This document shows positions 23,622 to 36,320 of a stretch of DNA of 64,000 nucleotides, one piece after another. The notes under the pieces are model-generated. The model was not told the origin of the DNA and ran no database searches. It saw only the letters and a program-made list of their open reading frames with translations. The position numbers were made by a program, and so were the translations under genes. Within the stretch, counting starts at the first letter, position 1; each line of letters begins with the position of its first letter. Source of the stretch: Marsupella aquatica (lineage: Eukaryota; Plantae; Marchantiophyta); contig OZ316895.1 in the NCBI GenBank assembly GCA_973895155.1, positions 4,265,659-4,329,658 on the forward strand. The letters run 5' to 3'.

Positions 23622-26600
23622 TTCAAGAGTTGGGCACTTGTACTTTTACTAGTCATGATGGGAAATGTATTTCTATTTAATTGGCATGTGTTTCTCCCAC
23701 TCAATCCTATCAAAAACTAAGCAATCATCATTTACACATCGTCTACAAGATTTAGATATGAAGCATATTCCAAGATGAACCTGCTATATCCAAGATTGAT
23801 GCCAAGCTCCCGGCCAAGCTTTTCTTTCTCCTCGATGACAATATAAAACATGCAAGGGGGTTTCATAAGCATTTAAATTTTTCTTGACTCTAAGTTTGCA
23901 TCTTGAGATGTCATATGGAACACTATTAGCCCATTTTGTCCAAAAGCTTGTGTGTAGTCTGTTGACAAAATTGAAAGTCAATGAGGGAACCCACAATAAG
24001 GTCATATGTATGTATTTCAGGTTGTTTATACAATCACTTGGAGCAAACCACACATTGGAGTAGAAAATGACCCTGCGTGCACTGTTCGGTAGGGGTCTCA
24101 CCCCAGGGTCCTCACTTCTTTTCTTCCAACCCATCACGCTTGAATAAGTATAGGGTTCTTTTATTGGGTTTAGTGAAAGACTTTTAAATTTTTGTTTAAG
24201 AATACTAGAGTTTTTTAAATCCAATTTTGAGAATTCTAAGAATTATAGGATTTTTTAAAACCAAATTTGAGAATATTCCAAGAATATTCCATTAAGTTAG
24301 AGGTAAAACAATTCCTCAAAAAAACTTTATTCACTTAAGTTTTAGGGTGTTTATTCCCCCAAAACTTCGCGTGTGGTATGGGACACCCCTTGGATTGAAG
24401 CCCCTGAGCGGGCCCCTGAGGGGCTCACAATTGCAAAGTTCAGTCTTTAAATCATGACTTATGTGGGTATGTTTGAGACAAAATAATATAACATTGAGAC
24501 TATAATACAACATTGCACCAAAAAATGGCGTGGTCATTATTCAGAATCACTGGGCCGTTTTGGGTGGAAAAAGCAAAATGGTAAAATGAAAAGGAATAGC
24601 ACAAAAAAGGCATGGAATCCGCTCAATGACCACTCCACGCCAACAACCCTTCCACCCTCCTGCTACCAATACTGGCCTCTTGAAGATCATGTGGATATGA
24701 CTGTCCGCCTGCCCTCCCCATTGCCAGTGTGCCCGCGTCTGTTAGGTTTCCTCATCTTGACTTTGCTGCCCTTGGCCAAGGGAGGTACAATCCTCCTTAC
24801 TGGTACACCTGGCCATAATCCCCCCACACAAAAGACCTGGGGTACTCACTTATTTTCTTTCTACCCATCACGCGAAGTAAGTATAGGATTTGTTTATTGA
24901 GTTGAAAAGAAGAACATTTCAATTGGGTTTGTAAAATCCAATTTTGAGAATTATAAGTAAAGATAGGGTTTTAGAAATGAAATGTGAGAATATTTTGAGA
25001 ATATTCCAAAATGGGGGTAAAACATAGTTTTAAAAAACAATTCCTCTTATTTTTAGGGTATTTACTAGTTAAAAATGTCGAACGTGATATGAGACCCCTT
25101 TAGAGTGAGGCCCCGAGACAAAAGAGCTCAACTTCTGAGGTAGGGGCTATTAATGCCCATTAATGCCCTTAATGCCAAACAAGAAGCTCGACAAGAAGTG
25201 GCCAGAATCAAAACTCCAAAAGATGCCCAGATGCGGACACATGCACTTGGCTTAGTGAAAGCATGATTCTCTCTTCAAGGTGGAAATGCTCTAAGTATAT
25301 ACAATAGTTGGGGCTTTATATAATAGCAGAAGATAATGACAAGGACCCACTCATGGATGAAAATGGCTCTAACTTTTGAAGAAGAAGTGATGAAAAGAGT
25401 ATCTTAGCATTCAATGTCACAACCTATGTAATTAAAGATTGTATACACCGTGTCATTATATTTATAAAATACTGGACAATTGGGCCTTTTTAGAATACAA
25501 ATAAATAAAAAGCACATAATAACAGGGAAACGGGATCTTAACACACCTAAAGGCTTAATAAATTTTTATTTCTACTGAGTTTAATCAAACTAAAAGAGAT
25601 TCTTACTAACCAGGAGAGAGATCTTGACAGGACTGACATTCTTATGCCAAAAATGCCCTGAAAAATACAAAGTTAAAAATCACTGAGTTAGGATATAAGA
25701 AAGTCCTTTTATTTAGAAGACATTGTGTGCCATAATTCCCCCAAAACAAGAGCTTCAATGCCGGATAGAGGCTATATATTGGAATAGGAACTTTATACCC
25801 TTAAGGTCTAAGCTTTTTTATTTTTGTTACTGTTAGACTCTACCTTTGACAGGACGACCGGACCAGCCGGTCACCCTGGTCCCACTATATGTACTCCTAT
25901 TCCCGACTATACAGATGTTCATTCCATTCATATTCTCACACGTTATCAGCACGAGGTCTCAGCCAGCGGAGCCAAGAAAAAGAAGAAGAAAAGAGACGGA
26001 GGCTAAGAAACTTTTGAAGGGTTATGGAGATTGCATGAAAAAGGGAGCGAGGACTCATTAAATAATGATAAGGCCTCGACACTTAAACAATATTGGAAGC
26101 GTAGTGAGAGACTAGAATTCATAAGGACATCGATCCGGACTCATTGGAGGAGAACCGAGAGAGATCGGAAAGAAGCAGCATACGAGATCCTCACGACTGC
26201 GATAAGAGATTGGAAAAAGGATTGGAGCGATCGATCAAGAGAAGCAGATCGAGCAGAGTCATTTTGAAAATTGAGAATTGAGCCCCAATCAGCGAGAGCC
26301 GGCCTCAGTATCATTTAGCAAACTCGAGATTGGAAAGGAGCGAAGAAACTTTGAAAAGCTTACAGAGATCGGAGGAAACTCTCAAAGGCTTACGGAGATC
26401 GGAGGTGATAAGGTCCGTCAATCACAGGCGCAGCAAGAAAGTACAATGAGGATACCATAAGTACTTTCGAAAATAGAGGAGACGAGGCCATATAATCTTC
26501 CAAAAATTGAAGGAGAGTGGATAGGGATGGATCGATGATGCCTGAATCGAGAGGTGAAGTGATCAGGACCAGAAGGCGAAGCAAGAGGAATTACGAGTGA

Positions 26601-27762
26601 AGCCAAAAACGGAAGAAACAGGGAGCACCGAAATTTCAAAGAAATGCCACAGGGACATTGAGACTTGAACTCGTAAGGACAATATAGCAGAAAAGGAAGA
26701 GATCAAAAGAAGAGCAACAGGATCAACATTGGAGCCTCGAATCCTGATAAGGACACAAGGAAAATCGAAAGGAAAGGAGCGATCCCGATGGTCCGTGACC
26801 CTCGCAAGTCACGAAAGGAGAAAGCATGAGCGCGAAGGAAGCTTACGAAGGTCCAATTGAAATTATGTTACATCATCAGAAATCATAAGAGAACCACTGC
26901 CTCGTCCCGATCCATCGGCCCAACATGGCAGTCTCGACACCGGCATAGCATCTGCAGGTCACAGCGTAACACTAGGAACGACGGATGAGTCCGGAGACTT
27001 GCAGGATAGTTTTATAGCTAAGTGCGACCAGAGTCGATGCACGAATATGGAGAAGGAAGACAGCCGAGCACAGACGCGAAGCCTGACTTTTCAGGACCAG
27101 AATTCAAAGTGCGAACAGATGACGATGGCGATGGCGTGAAAACAGAGAATCGGGAATGATAAGCAAAATCGATGCAGAGGTATATCAAGGACCCAGTGCA
27201 GACACGCGAACCTTGGAAGGGAGCGAAACAAGAGTAACAAGTCAGAACTCTAATTGAAGCAAGACGAGATTTTAAGAGGCACCAAAGGAACACCAGCAAT
27301 GGGATCACCAAGAGGGGAGAATTGCACTACATTTCATCGACAAAACGTCGAGTCCGATTGAAAACCGCTAAGTGCACGACCAATAACCACAAAACCTCCA
27401 TAAGTGCATTTCGTAACAAAGGAACTCAACTTTACAAAGCCAAATGTGCACTTAACCAGGTCATGAGTAAATAACCACTAATAACTGCACAAACTGCAAA
27501 ACCTCATTACTGCACAGCTTAACAAAGGAAAAAGATAATACAAAAGAAACCTTGCAGTTATACATTCACAAAGAAAACCAACTTAATAAGTGCAAACCCT
27601 AAATTCTGCAAAAACCCAAACATTCCCGCTTTACTTGACAATGACCTAGATTACTCTCCTCAACCTTTTCTCCACCATTGCATGCAGCAAATGTGCATTG
27701 TCTTTTGACTATATATATTATATATAAACACGACACCACCGCTGCACGCCAGGACCTTAGAG

Positions 27763-30700
27763 ATGACCAACCTTGAGAAACTCACCTTCCTCGCCCTAGA
27801 AATAGATGGCGGCAACTACCTAGAATGGTCCATGAACCTAAGAGAAAACGTAACCTCGCTAACCCTACTCCCCGCGATAGGGCACGCTCAACCCATCCTA
27901 GCCGGCGAACCACAACCAGACCCATTAACTAAAGCCAACAAATCGAAAGCCCTAGTATTCCTGAGACGCCACATCCATAGATTTCTACAGAGACAATACA
28001 TGCACCTTTCGACTCCTCGCGAACTATGGACAGCGCTCCAGACCCGATTCGACCACCAGAAATTGGTCGAATTACCTAGAGCCAGGCAAGACTGGCTCAA
28101 CCTGCGGGTCCAAGACTTTACTTCAATTTCAGCCTACAATAGCGAACTCTTTAGAATCACAGCAACCCTCGCCCTTTGCGGCGAGCCAGTTACCGACAAG
28201 GACTTACTAGAAAAGACCTTGTCCACGTTCCACTCATCGAACGTATTACTCTCAACTCAGTACCGGAACATGAAGTTCGGGCAATACTCCGAGCTCATAG
28301 CCCACCTTCTAGTCACAGAAAGAAACGAAGAACTCCTTTTAGTTAACTCTAGAAAACGTCCTGCGAGCACATTGCCTCAGGATCATAGAGTGAAACACAT
28401 CTTACCGACACCGCTGAACCCTCCACATCAAGGCAGGGCATTAAGCGCAGTAGGAATGGCAACCATAGAAACAACCCCAACAGGGGGAGTTTCTTTAACC
28501 AACGCCCACAACACAATTTCAGACGGTCCTTTAGTGGACGTGTAGGACGCGGCGGACGCGGCGGTGGTAGAACATATAACAACAACCGTAGAAACGATTG
28601 GTCACAATCCCGACAACAACGGGAACGACCGAAATGCCATGAATGTGGCATGACAAACCACCTAGCGAGAAACTATAGAATCCCGCAACACCTTAGAGAT
28701 CTATACCAACGGTCCATCCAGGATGGACAAACCTCTAGGCCACCACCCCGTGAAACCCACGGGGCGTTTATGGGGTCCAGCGACCCATTCCAAGACTTTT
28801 CAGATCTACCTGCCCAACCCAAGGCACACTCAGTGGCAAGTAGCTCCACTACACCAGATTTAAATAGTCCAAGCACATGTATTATCGACAGTGCGACCAC
28901 GCATACTATCCTCAGGGATAGGCACCTTTTCCACAAGATTACACCCTCACGTAGATCCCTAACCACTATAAATGGCCCTAGCCAAATAGAAGAAGGCTTC
29001 GGCCCAGCTTCCATTAGACTACCGCAGGGTACAGCGATTGACATAGAATCTGCCATTTTCGCCCCAAACGCAACCCGTAATCTCCTCAGTTTTAGAGATA
29101 TACGAGCAAATGGACTACATGTCCAGACGGGCGACACAAGAGACCAGGAAGTGATACACTTGGTTGAAAATACCCCTACGGGGAAAATCATTAAAGAAAC
29201 CCTTTTCTCATACCCTTGCGGGTTTTATGCCCTGGGCCCTCACTCTTACTATATCAAGTGAACCCCCCTGAGAACAGATACCCCCCGTGTACCCCTTCTT
29301 AATATTTTTGTTCACAAAAAAAATCCCCTTGTTAATGTAAAAATATTAACTTTTCCTATTAAATTTTATCCTTTTATAAATTATAATAGAGTTTTTCAAG
29401 GAATTGAAAACACCCTTGAATTTTTAGAATTACAAATATCATACTGAAATAGTGAAAACTTTATCTTTCATAGGGGACTTGTATGTTATGCTCGATGTTC
29501 AAGGTACATATTTTATATAGATAAACAAAATTAGGACGAGAGAAAATTATAGTTCTTCCTATAGTTTACACATAGACCTGCAGTTTTGTCTTAGTGTTCG
29601 CAAAAGTGCCTCTGAACTTCTAGTTTTCATTAGTACTATATATGTATAATCCAGGAATAATACTTCAAAGTCTGAACCAACTATAACAAACATTGTTTGA
29701 GCGCTCGAGACCCCTCCCTCAATACACAAACACATCTGGCCTCATACATGGCTGTTTGATTCAAGGGAATTCAAAAGTAATCTTGTCCGTCCATGTGGGA
29801 TTAATCCATGGATCCCCATCAATCCCAGTTTCCCAACCAAGTTGGGCCCAAAGATCCTGGCCCAAAATTTACTCAACTCCCCACTTAACTCCTAAACATG
29901 CGGGTAAACATGTCTACCTTAACCCATTTGTTCCACCATAAGGGGACCAACGAAACCAAACTTGCCTTAAGATGATAATAATTAAATATATGATTTACTA
30001 TATGGACACGTGTGCAAATGAAGTGATGACATGTGTGTCAACCATATAGTGACGCGTGTACTTGGCATTTTGGGTACCCTTGCATAAGATTTATGTGACA
30101 TGTATTTGATTCTTGCCTTATTACTAATATTGTGGTGAATGTATATAGAGGGATGTTGCCTACTTTAAAAACTGTTATAAAAATTAGTTTGCATTACATT
30201 AAAAATACCCTTGCGTTGTTCGCACGTCCTCCCTGTATTAGTAACACTAAGGGCCCAGGGGTTTTATGTAACTCATATTGAATGCCTGCATAACAATGCC
30301 CAAACAAGTGAATTGCCCGCGCTTTGGCATGCACGCCTCGGCCACCCCGGCCAATCAATGCTAAGTAAAATAATTAAGAATTCAAGTGGCATTCCAATCA
30401 ATACACGCCACTTTCCAGCTAGCACCCCATGCACTGCATGCTCACGCGACAAATTAATAACAAGGCCCACGGCATTAAAATTGCCAACCAACATACCCAA
30501 ATTCTTGGAAATAATCCACGCCGATGTTTGCGGGCCAATTAACCCACCGAGCGGACCTTTCTGCTACTTCATGGTATTAATCGACGCATCAACTAAATGG
30601 TCAAATGTGACACTGCTTTCAACGAGGAACATGGTTATGCCTCGTATCTTGGTGCAAATCCTGCGCGTGAAGGCACAATTCCCAGATCACCCCATAAAGA

Positions 30701-33426
30701 CACTAAGGGTGGACAATGCAGGGGAATTCACATCTGAAACATTTGACGACTTTTGTACATCACTTGGCATTGACGTACAATACCCTGTACCCCACGTGCA
30801 CTTCCAGAATGGATTAGCCGAAACGGTTATTAAACGACTTCAGCTAATTGCACGCCCACTTCTAATGCAGTCAAAACTCCCCGTCTCAGCATGGGGACAT
30901 GCCATACTACAAGCTAATGCATTAATTCAATATCGCCCATGATCGGCTTTTAATACCTATTGCCCATACCAAATCGCTAATGGTATCAAACCTGACCTAT
31001 CACATCTTCGTTCATTTGGATGTCAAGTAATGGTCCCCATTACTCCACCTAAACGAACCAAGATGGGACCCCAACGACAGTTGGGGATATACATTGGATT
31101 CGACTCACCGTCCATAATCCGATATATAGAACCTACAACTGGCGACGTTTTTAAAGCCAGATTTCTAGATTGCCATTTTGATGAACACATTTACCCACCA
31201 TTAATAACCCCTGAACACCCACAACCACCTTTGGAGTGGGAAAGACACTCGCCATTTTGGCAAGACCTTAGAACGAATCAAGGGGAGAAAGAAGTTCAAA
31301 GAATTTTGCAACTCCACAAGATTGTGGAAGAACTTCCTGACGCTTTTGTTGACACATCACAACTTACCCGCTCACAATTTCCAGCTGCGAGAGCATCTGC
31401 TCGCATCGAATTATCAAGTGAGCCAGCAAGTACATCCCAACCTCGTGCAAAACGAGGTAGACCCTTGGGATCAAAAGATAAACAACCACGAAGGCGTGGT
31501 TCATCTATACCACCTTCACCTGATGTCGATCATACCGAATCTACATCCCATGAAGAGATCTCTATCCACTATGCACACACAGGTGCAATGTGGGATAGAA
31601 ATACTACTTCAATAGATGATGCTTTTGCATTAATGGTGGCAACACATATCACTGACGATACACCCAAACCAATATCCATCTTAGAATGCCAAAACAGACC
31701 AGATTGGCCTGAATGGCAAAAAACTATCAATGGAGAATTAGATTCCCTACTAAGCAGACACACTTTTGGCCCAGTCGAGCCAACACCGCAAGACATACAC
31801 CTAATTGGCTACAAGTGGACATTTGTCCGCAAAAGAAATGATAAAGGCCAAGTTGTACGCTATAAAGCACGTCTGGTAGGGAAAGGATTTACACAACAAC
31901 CGGGAATTCATTACGATGAAACCTACTCACCGGTTATGGATAGCACAACATTCCGATATCTTATCGGATTTGCCATTTTCCACCAACTATAGATGCGACA
32001 ACTAGATGTTGCAACTGCATATCTATATGGCACTTTAGACACTTGTCTATACATGCGATCACCTCCTGAGTTGGAGCAACGACGCCGAGCTTTAGCTCAA
32101 GGCGCTAAATCGCATATTCCATATTTACATAAGATTATAACACAATTATCTCAAGTTACACCTCATGTATCATCTACACATGTAACTCATAATAACGACA
32201 CCGCTGTGTCAACCGTACGGAATACTCGCCGCGGACTAGCTATCCGCGTGTTGAAGGCATTATATGGCCTGAAACAAAGTGGCAGAGTATGGTATCAAAG
32301 ATTTCCTGATGAAATGATTGCCATGGGTTTTTCCCATGATGCCATTACACCATGTTTATTTATTAAACATGTGGATGATGAATATGTCATCATTTCTATT
32401 TATGTTGATGACTTAAATATATTCGGGACACCCCAACTTACAGAAGATACTATTACCAGTCTTAAATCCACATTTGAGATGAAAGACCTTGGACATACAA
32501 ACTTTTGCTTAGGCTTACAACTAGAGATCCTACCCACTGGCATGATGCTCCATCAGACCACACAAACTGAAAAGATCCTAAAACAGTTCAATATGAACCT
32601 AGCACACCCATTGACGTCACCAATGGTTGTACGTTCATTAGAAAACACCACTGATGTTTTTCGCAAGCGCGAAGAACATGAACCCATATTAGGACCAGAA
32701 ACTCCATATCTTTCTGCGATAGGAGCATTAATGTACCTAGCAAATCAGACTAGGCCAGACATTGCATTTGCAGTTAACTTACTAGCCAGACATAGTGCAA
32801 CTCCCACAGCCAGACACTGGAACGGAGTTAAGCACGTATTTAGATATCTGCGTGGCACCACCGATACTGGGTTATTTTACCCATTCGGTGCAAACCACGA
32901 ACTCATAGGATACGCGGATGCCGGATATCTTTCCGACACGGACACTGCAAAATCTCAAACCGGATATGTTTTTACTATTGGGGGTACCACTTTTTCTTGG
33001 AAAAGCGTGAAACAGACCCTAACATCAACCTCATCGAATCACTCAGAAATTTTAGCTCTACATGAGGCTAGTCGTGAAGCCGTTTGGTTACGATTATTTA
33101 TAAACCACATCAACACCAAATGCGGCCTACCACCACTAACGAAGCCTACTAACATTTTTGAAGATAACGCAGCATGTATACAGCAGATCACGAAAGAATT
33201 CATCAAAGGCGATCGCGTGAAGCATATAGCTCCAAAGTTTTTCTACACCCACGAGTTACATGGAAAAGAGATCAACATTTTGCAGATTTCAAGTGCAGAC
33301 AACTGTGCGGATCTCTTCACCAAATCACTACCACCATCAGTTCATCACCGACACTGCCAGGCGATTGGACTGCGGAGCGTGCGACGCATGATGACTATGG
33401 AAGTTGCTGCTCCACATGATACTTGA
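27763..33426 (+). pseudogene. Copia gag-pol, disrupted
   Basis: Gag (IDGGNYLEWS, LPRARQDWLNLRVQDF) with a frame change before a degenerate Zn knuckle CHECGMTNHLARNY. Protease IIDSATTH; LWHARLGHP; integrase (HADVCGP, RVDNAGEF, QNGLAE); RT (KARLV, LYGLKQ, YVDD); RNase H (YADA, EDN, ADLFTK). In-frame stops at 30940-30942 and 31990-31992, and an insertion at 29230-30260. Confidence 0.93.
29230..30260. mobile_element. 1031-bp non-autonomous TIR element nested in copia pol
   Basis: TIR CCCTGGGCCCT...AGGGCCCAGGG; 8-bp TSD GTTTTATG (29222-29229 and 30261-30268). Removing it restores YPCGFYVTHIECL. Confidence 0.92.
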
Positions 33427-34507
33427 TGATGCTGATGATATGCTGTTGAGGACCTACTGATGAGACAAATGTTAAAACTAGATTTACTATAGCATCTAAC
33501 TTTACTTAACATTGACATTTATTACGACGAGGACTGTTAGGCTGCACTCTTTTTCCTTTAGCACTCATATTTTTCTCTGCTACACTGGTAGAGTTTTTAC
33601 TAAGCTAGAGTTGATAAAGGTTTTTTAACAAGGCAGTCTACCTCGATTGTACTTATATCATGTATTTCCTATGAACATGATATAATAGGTATAGTCTATG
33701 TTGTCTATATAGTTGTCACTATATATCCAAAAGGGAGTGTTAGACTCTACCTTTGACCGGACGACCGGACCAGCCGGTCACCCTGGTCCCACTATATGTA
33801 CTCCTATTCCCGACTATACACATGTTCATTCCATTCATATTCTCACAGTTACTTTAATTAAAAGGATGGGAGAATTTTCACAGGCAAAGGAGAGGCGATC
33901 CTTGAGGAGTAACTTTATTGTAATAATATATTCAGCTGGTGGTTGTCTGCAGTTGTAGTATTGTGGTACATGCTATGCAACCATTTGGCATGGAAAAGGC
34001 CCCCCCGGGGGGGTGGAGGTGGGGGTAAAAGGCGGGAAATGAAGATTAGGGGGGCAGGGCACTCCAAGACATTTGAACATGGATCCCTTAAAGTCAACAG
34101 GCAAGGGGCTTGAAAGTCAATGTCAACTACCCACCAAGAAATCTATTATTTGGCAATGTCTTTGTTGTTCTCTTGTACTCACCTTTGTTTACGTACAAAG
34201 AAGTGGCAGGCTATTGTAGTTGTCAAACACTAACGGAGCTGAGTGATTGTTGGAATAAGCAGGTTATGTGTTTCTACTTTTGTGTAGGGAACCCATCCGG
34301 GATGTGCATGGCCAGCCAGCCCTTCGTCAATTGGCAGCTGAGCCTCTAACATTATGCACCAATCTCACCTCAGTTCTAAGTATGACTAGATTCAGTCTAA
34401 CTTGAGTGTATGTGTGCGCCTAGTCCCCATCGTCAATTGGCAGCTGCGCCCGTAACGTTGAGTCGAACTTGAGTGCTCGCTTGAGTGTATCTGTGCGCCT
34501 CGTCCAC

Positions 34508-34538
<31 letters not shown>

Positions 34539-34539
34539 A
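34508..34539. repeat. (TA)n microsatellite
   Basis: Direct reading. Confidence 0.9.
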
Positions 34540-34707
34540 CTGAAGAACGACGTGCAATTCAGGTGACAAGTGACCACGGGAGCAACCTATGTATCTATTA
34601 AAGACGACTGTGGTGGATTACATTATTGTCTTTCGAGCTGAGTGGGATCGCAAAGCTTTTCATTGTTATTTCAGTCTCCGAGCGAAACTTACTACCGCTT
34701 TCCTACC

Positions 34708-36320
34708 ATGACTTCAGAAAGTGCATTCTTGGCCGAACCACGGTTAAATTGGGTGCCTGTCCACATTGAATTTGTTCCGTCATTTGTTCCTTCAAGTTTC
34801 TGGAAAGAGGATCCGGAATTTCGAAAACAAGGTGACGCGCCGCGCTCTAAGTCTAACGAGATTTCCAGGAAACCTAGAAAGCGCCAAAGTAGAAACCAGA
34901 GGTTATCGAACAGGTGATGACGCTTTTTGACATTCCGTAGCTACTTTCTTCCTTCTTGACACTGCAAGTCTGAGTTTCCTTTCAAATTAATGTAACATGG
35001 ATGCACAGCTCGATTTAGAATTTTATCATTGAGCCTTGTCCCTAATTTATTTTTTGTCAATGTATGAAGGCCCGAAGAAAATTCGACGCCTGCAGGAGAT
35101 TCCGTTGCACCATCCGCAGCTACTCCTTCACCCTCCATGCCAACTAATGTCAACGTGGGCGTCGAACTTGCTTACATGAGCAATAATAAGAAGGCCAAAA
35201 AGCAGGCTAAGTCAAAGGCCCTCCGTGATGTATGAAAAGCAGAAGCTAAACAACATGTAAGTGTTCAAAGGGCTTATCGATTTAATTGCAGAAACCTCAT
35301 GTTGGAACGAATTCATATTTGCTTCTTAGAAAGTAAAGTGTTCAATGGAGTTCTTGCAAGATCTATCGTTCCACGACAGACCAAATCTTCCCTAGTAGCG
35401 GTCACGGTGTCATGTACGTTAGTCTATCTTGGGCCCTGGCTGTAACACATCGTTCCTGTTAGTTTTACACTTGAACGATCTCCAATGTGGGTTGAGGTCT
35501 TGCAGCTAGATCAGACATTGATAGTTGCCACCTGGCCAACTGAGCGTCTGCTAAGTTTGCTTTCTGAGCGTTGGAAGTCAGTCTGTCGTTGAATATCTCC
35601 ACGTAACTTGGGCCACAGACCTCCCTGGAATTCCCCGCAGACCTCTTGAACATTTCATTATCAATTTTGATTACAAATTAAGCCGCAGGAAAGCTTCTGT
35701 AGGGTCTGTGCATGTTAGAGGTGGGTCATTCATGAAATATCATAATCCAGAGCTGTGTACCACAGAACATGTATGTCTGAAGTTTCCTTGAAACGCACAG
35801 CTGAGGATACATGGAGCTGTCCTAAGTGCATATATATGATGTGTAGCTGGATCACTCACTCTAATAATTTTGAGCGAAGTGGTGTTTCAATTGTACTGAA
35901 TACCTTAGTTGATACTTGTTTCGATCTCCATTAGAATTTGAGATTCCCGATTAGCTTCATTTGCTCTTCCTGGAAATGCTTAACTAGTGCCATACACACT
36001 GTCCAAATGTGCAGAACGGGAAGGATGCATTGCGGCCTGACGATCCGAAACGCAAAATCGATCTGTTGGTAGAAGGCCTCGATCGGGCCTCAGATGCGTC
36101 ACATTCGATAGAGCACACAGTTGTGTGTTTACTTCAGGGCCAGGAAGTATTCATTGAAGACACAGGGACCCTCACGGTGTACGTAGACATGAACGGGCTA
36201 AATTATTCTCTTACTACTGATACACTGGATACTCTTGGATTTTCCAATGTATATAGGGTTGAATGGATCCCATCATTTTGTATCAAATGTAAAATGCCGG
36301 TGAGCCTAGGGGTGAGCTAG
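34708..36320 (+). CDS. Putative multi-exon gene of unknown function (better preserved paralog); exon structure unresolved
   Basis: ATG at 34708 is conserved with the 20.8-kb copy. Donor CAAG|GTGA at 34831/34832. Last exon after TGCAG| (about 36015) is open: NGKDALRPDDPKRKIDLLVEG...EVFIEDTGTLTVYVDMNG... Confidence 0.4.

Larger units (their letters stand above)
25831..33847 (+). mobile_element. Full-length but defective Ty1/copia LTR retrotransposon, Bianca-like
   Basis: 110-bp LTRs at 25831-25940 and 33738-33847 (TG...CA, 2 mismatches). 5-bp TSD GTTAC on both sides. PBS CGTTATCAGCACG directly after the 5' LTR; PPT AAAAGGGAG before the 3' LTR. Domain order GAG-PR-INT-RT-RH. Confidence 0.97.

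Noticed and set aside
23224-23720. Gly/Arg-rich ORFs
   Set aside because: They arise from a GC-rich repeat island open in several frames.
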